DNA of 44,514 nucleotides from a virus: IMG/VR virus record IMGVR_UViG_3300028840_002857; one strand, 5' to 3'. Shown piece by piece: positions 42,097 to 44,514 of this stretch (position 1 is its first letter; each line of letters starts with the position of its first letter). The notes under the pieces were generated by a model. It saw only the letters and a program-made list of their open reading frames with translations, ran no database searches and was not told where the DNA came from. The position numbers and the translations under genes were made by a program.

Positions 42097-42115
42097 ATTG
42101 AAAAGGGGTTAAAAT

Positions 42116-42922
42116 ATGGGCGTTGATTCAGTAAAAACAGGAAGTCCGATCGTTGATTCGATAGTTGATCCTTTAACAAAATCCGGCCGCGTTATTCTTG
42201 AACCACATTCCCGTATACATCAAGGAAAATCTTTCGTCGCTGGTAGCTATTCGGAAGCCGTCGCCGATAATGGCGTAATCGATACATTAATAAAAGTCGG
42301 ATCAAATCCATTACATATTATTGGCATTCCCGATGCCGGCGGCGATGCCGTCGCCCAAATGTTTGAAGATACGGTCGTTAATGACGTTGTCGTCGTTACA
42401 GACGACGCGGGAACTTATACGGCCGGCGATATCGTCGTAACCGTCAACGGGACAGACGTAACCGAATCGTTCGATACGGACAAAAATACAACCATGACCG
42501 CGCTTGCCGCGTCGATTCAGGCGCTTGAAGATGTGTTGACGGCCGTTTATGCTTCCGGAGCGCATACAATCACAATAACCCCAATTTCAGGCGGCGACCT
42601 TGAAATTTCCGTCGACGTATCCGGCATTACCGGGACAATGACAATTTCTTCAATTTCAGGTGGTACACATTTAACAATTTTCAATCGTAATAGGTCTTTG
42701 ACAACCGTTTCGAACGCTATTATTAAAATTGATCCAGATATTACAACGGACGGAACGGCATTTCCGCCGATGTGGTTTACTGGACAAAACGCCCAAGGCG
42801 ACGAATCCCGGGGATTACTTGAATGGTACACGAAAGCGAATTCGAATTATTTATTTCGTGTAAAAAATCTTAATGGCGACGCACAATCGTTGTCGTCAAT
42901 AATTGATTTTTACATATCATAA
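42116..42922 (+). CDS. Hypothetical head-operon protein (beta-rich) carrying the shared inserted module
   Basis: 268 aa with an AAAAGGGGTTAA leader, first gene after the terminator. Residues 89-182 match residues 58-150 of the cement protein. Confidence 0.6.
   Translation: MGVDSVKTGSPIVDSIVDPLTKSGRVILEPHSRIHQGKSFVAGSYSEAVADNGVIDTLIKVGSNPLHIIGIPDAGGDAVAQMFEDTVVNDVVVVTDDAGTYTAGDIVVTVNGTDVTESFDTDKNTTMTALAASIQALEDVLTAVYASGAHTITITPISGGDLEISVDVSGITGTMTISSISGGTHLTIFNRNRSLTTVSNAIIKIDPDITTDGTAFPPMWFTGQNAQGDESRGLLEWYTKANSNYLFRVKNLNGDAQSLSSIIDFYIS
42425..42527 (+). repeat. 103-nt block identical to 221..323
   Basis: Base-by-base comparison. Confidence 0.9.
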
Positions 42923-42934
42923 GCGGGGTAATTA

Positions 42935-44347
42935 ATGCCACAAGGAAAAGAATTTGTTAATTTTCATTCAGCAAGACAGGCCGACCCGGATAGTTTTGTA
43001 AGAATAAAAATGCTTGCCGAACTTTCGAACGGAATTCAAATTTATGGCGGTCCTTTAAAATCCGATCCCGAAGGTGGTTCGAAGACGCAAACATACAGAT
43101 TTCCGGCCGAAAAATTCACGCTTGAACAGGCCCGCAAATGGTTAAAAGATCACGAAGCAAAAACAAGCAATCTTTTAAAAGCGACCGGAGAAAAAAAGGA
43201 CAGCAATTTTGATACCGTTATGAGATTTGACCGGTCCCGTCTTCCTTCCGCACGCATGACAAAGGAAGGATATATCCGCGCCGACGCCGTTGTAACCCGG
43301 GTCGGCGTTTTTCTTTACAGGAATGCGGACGGGTCCGAACGCCGGGAATTGCGTTTACCGGACGAAGTTTTCAACAAGGATTCACTTGAATCTATGAAAA
43401 TGATTCCGGTAACAAATACCCACCCACAAGGCCGATTTGTCGACGCGGATAATGCGAAGGATTTACAAATCGGAACTACAGGGGAAACAATAACCCATGA
43501 TGCGAAATTCGTAACGTCTTCGATTGTTATTAATCGAAAAGACGGCGTCGAAGCCGTCAAGCGCGGTCGCCGGGAATTATCCTTGGGTTACAATGCACAA
43601 GTCGAATTTACCGACGGAATTTGGGAAGGTCAACGTTACGATGCAATCCAAAGAAATATCCGTTATAATCATTTAGCAATTGTCGACGAAGCGCGGGCCG
43701 GAAGTTCGGCCGCGTTACACTTGGACGAAGCAGAAGTCAATTTAACTAACTTTAACCGAAAAGGGGGCAATATGCCAACTATGACAATCAACGGCATTCA
43801 ATATGAGGCCGCGCAGGAAGTAATAAACGACCATGCGAAGCTTTCAAGGGAAAACGCAGATTTGAAGGTCAATCTTGATACTTCAAAAACCGACCTTGAA
43901 AAAGAAAAGGCCCGGGCCGACGAAGCGGTCGCCGCAAAGGAAAAGCTTGAAAAAAAGGACAACAAAAAGGAAATCGCCGACGCCGTTAAAGTCCGTATCG
44001 GTTTGGAACGTAAAGCGGCCAAGGTCCTTGATGAAAAGGAATTGGAAAAGATCGACGAAATGTCCGACAAGGATATTAAAGTCGCGGTCATTTCCAAGAA
44101 AAACGACGGTTTCGACGCGAAGGACAAGTCCGACGACTATATCGACGCCCGATTCGATTCCGTTATTGAATCCGTAAAGGAAGACGGCGACAAAAAGGAC
44201 AACAAGTCCGGGACCAACAATCAGAAAAAACAGATCAACGACGGTTCCGACGGCGAAGAAAAAATCGATCAGGCCGAAAGCCGTAAAAAAATGATCGAAC
44301 GAAGCCGTAACGCTTGGCAAAACAAGGAAAGCGAAAAAAAAGAATAA
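42935..44347 (+). CDS. DUF2213-like prohead scaffold/protease protein with a coiled-coil C-terminus
   Basis: 470 aa. GVFLYRNADGSERRELRLPDEVF...RELSLGYNAQV...IQRNIRYNHLAIVDEARAGS matches the DUF2213 pattern. The C-terminal 180 aa are a Lys/Glu/Asp-rich coiled coil. Confidence 0.6.
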   Translation: MPQGKEFVNFHSARQADPDSFVRIKMLAELSNGIQIYGGPLKSDPEGGSKTQTYRFPAEKFTLEQARKWLKDHEAKTSNLLKATGEKKDSNFDTVMRFDRSRLPSARMTKEGYIRADAVVTRVGVFLYRNADGSERRELRLPDEVFNKDSLESMKMIPVTNTHPQGRFVDADNAKDLQIGTTGETITHDAKFVTSSIVINRKDGVEAVKRGRRELSLGYNAQVEFTDGIWEGQRYDAIQRNIRYNHLAIVDEARAGSSAALHLDEAEVNLTNFNRKGGNMPTMTINGIQYEAAQEVINDHAKLSRENADLKVNLDTSKTDLEKEKARADEAVAAKEKLEKKDNKKEIADAVKVRIGLERKAAKVLDEKELEKIDEMSDKDIKVAVISKKNDGFDAKDKSDDYIDARFDSVIESVKEDGDKKDNKSGTNNQKKQINDGSDGEEKIDQAESRKKMIERSRNAWQNKESEKKE

Positions 44348-44370
44348 ATAATAACCATTTAATCGGAGGG

Positions 44371-44514
44371 CTAAAAAATGCCACAGTTAGCTTATAATCA
44401 AGAAATGTCCGAAGCGTTCGCCGGCCTTTTGAGCGATTCCCGATTCCATGAAATCGAATCGAAAATCGCGCTTGAAGCTATTAGCTTCGGATTCGGTCTT
44501 TGCGCGACTCAGGC
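44371..44514. repeat. Terminal direct repeat, copy 2 (identical to 1..144)
   Basis: 144/144 identity. It contains the RBS and the first 45 complete codons of the cement-protein gene (ATG at 44378). Confidence 0.9.

Overview
The window is a complete, circularly closed tailed-phage genome. Bases 1-144 recur exactly at 44371-44514, so the unit length is 44,370 bp. The junction falls inside a gene, which points to an assembly overlap rather than a physical end. That fits a circularly permuted headful packager. Every gene I can support is on the + strand. Gene order: capsid cement protein and major capsid protein; neck proteins; contractile tail (DUF3383-type sheath, DUF3277-type tube, chaperone with a -1 frameshift, tape measure); baseplate (hub-like, gp138-like spike, gp25/W-like, J-like); a 1015-aa protein made of three tandem beta-helix modules; a repeat-rich fibre; a DUF2612-like protein; a second fibre; M15 endolysin plus a holin-like protein; a terminator. 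The early region follows, with sigma70-like promoters, an ERF-type annealase, a DEDDh exonuclease, a DUF4373-type replication protein, an ASCH protein, RusA and a C5 methyltransferase. Next come an AT-rich island of mini-ORFs, a ParB-like nuclease-domain protein, small and large terminase, a DUF1073-type portal and a MuF-like head protein. A second surface protein and a DUF2213 scaffold/protease then wrap round to the capsid genes. I saw no integrase, repressor, tRNA or CRISPR array. The most notable observations are: (1) a 243-codon ORF nested in the +1 frame of the C5-methyltransferase gene, where both frames carry methyltransferase-family motifs; (2) a MuF head protein fused to a lethal-factor-like HExxH domain, followed by a tiny coupled ORF, which is the layout of MuF polymorphic toxins; (3) one ~65-95-aa module inserted into four different virion proteins, with a 103-nt perfectly identical block between two copies; (4) a triplicated beta-helix tail protein; (5) five 21-bp-phased repeats inside the small-terminase gene. 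All family names come from motif recognition by eye and need HMM confirmation.
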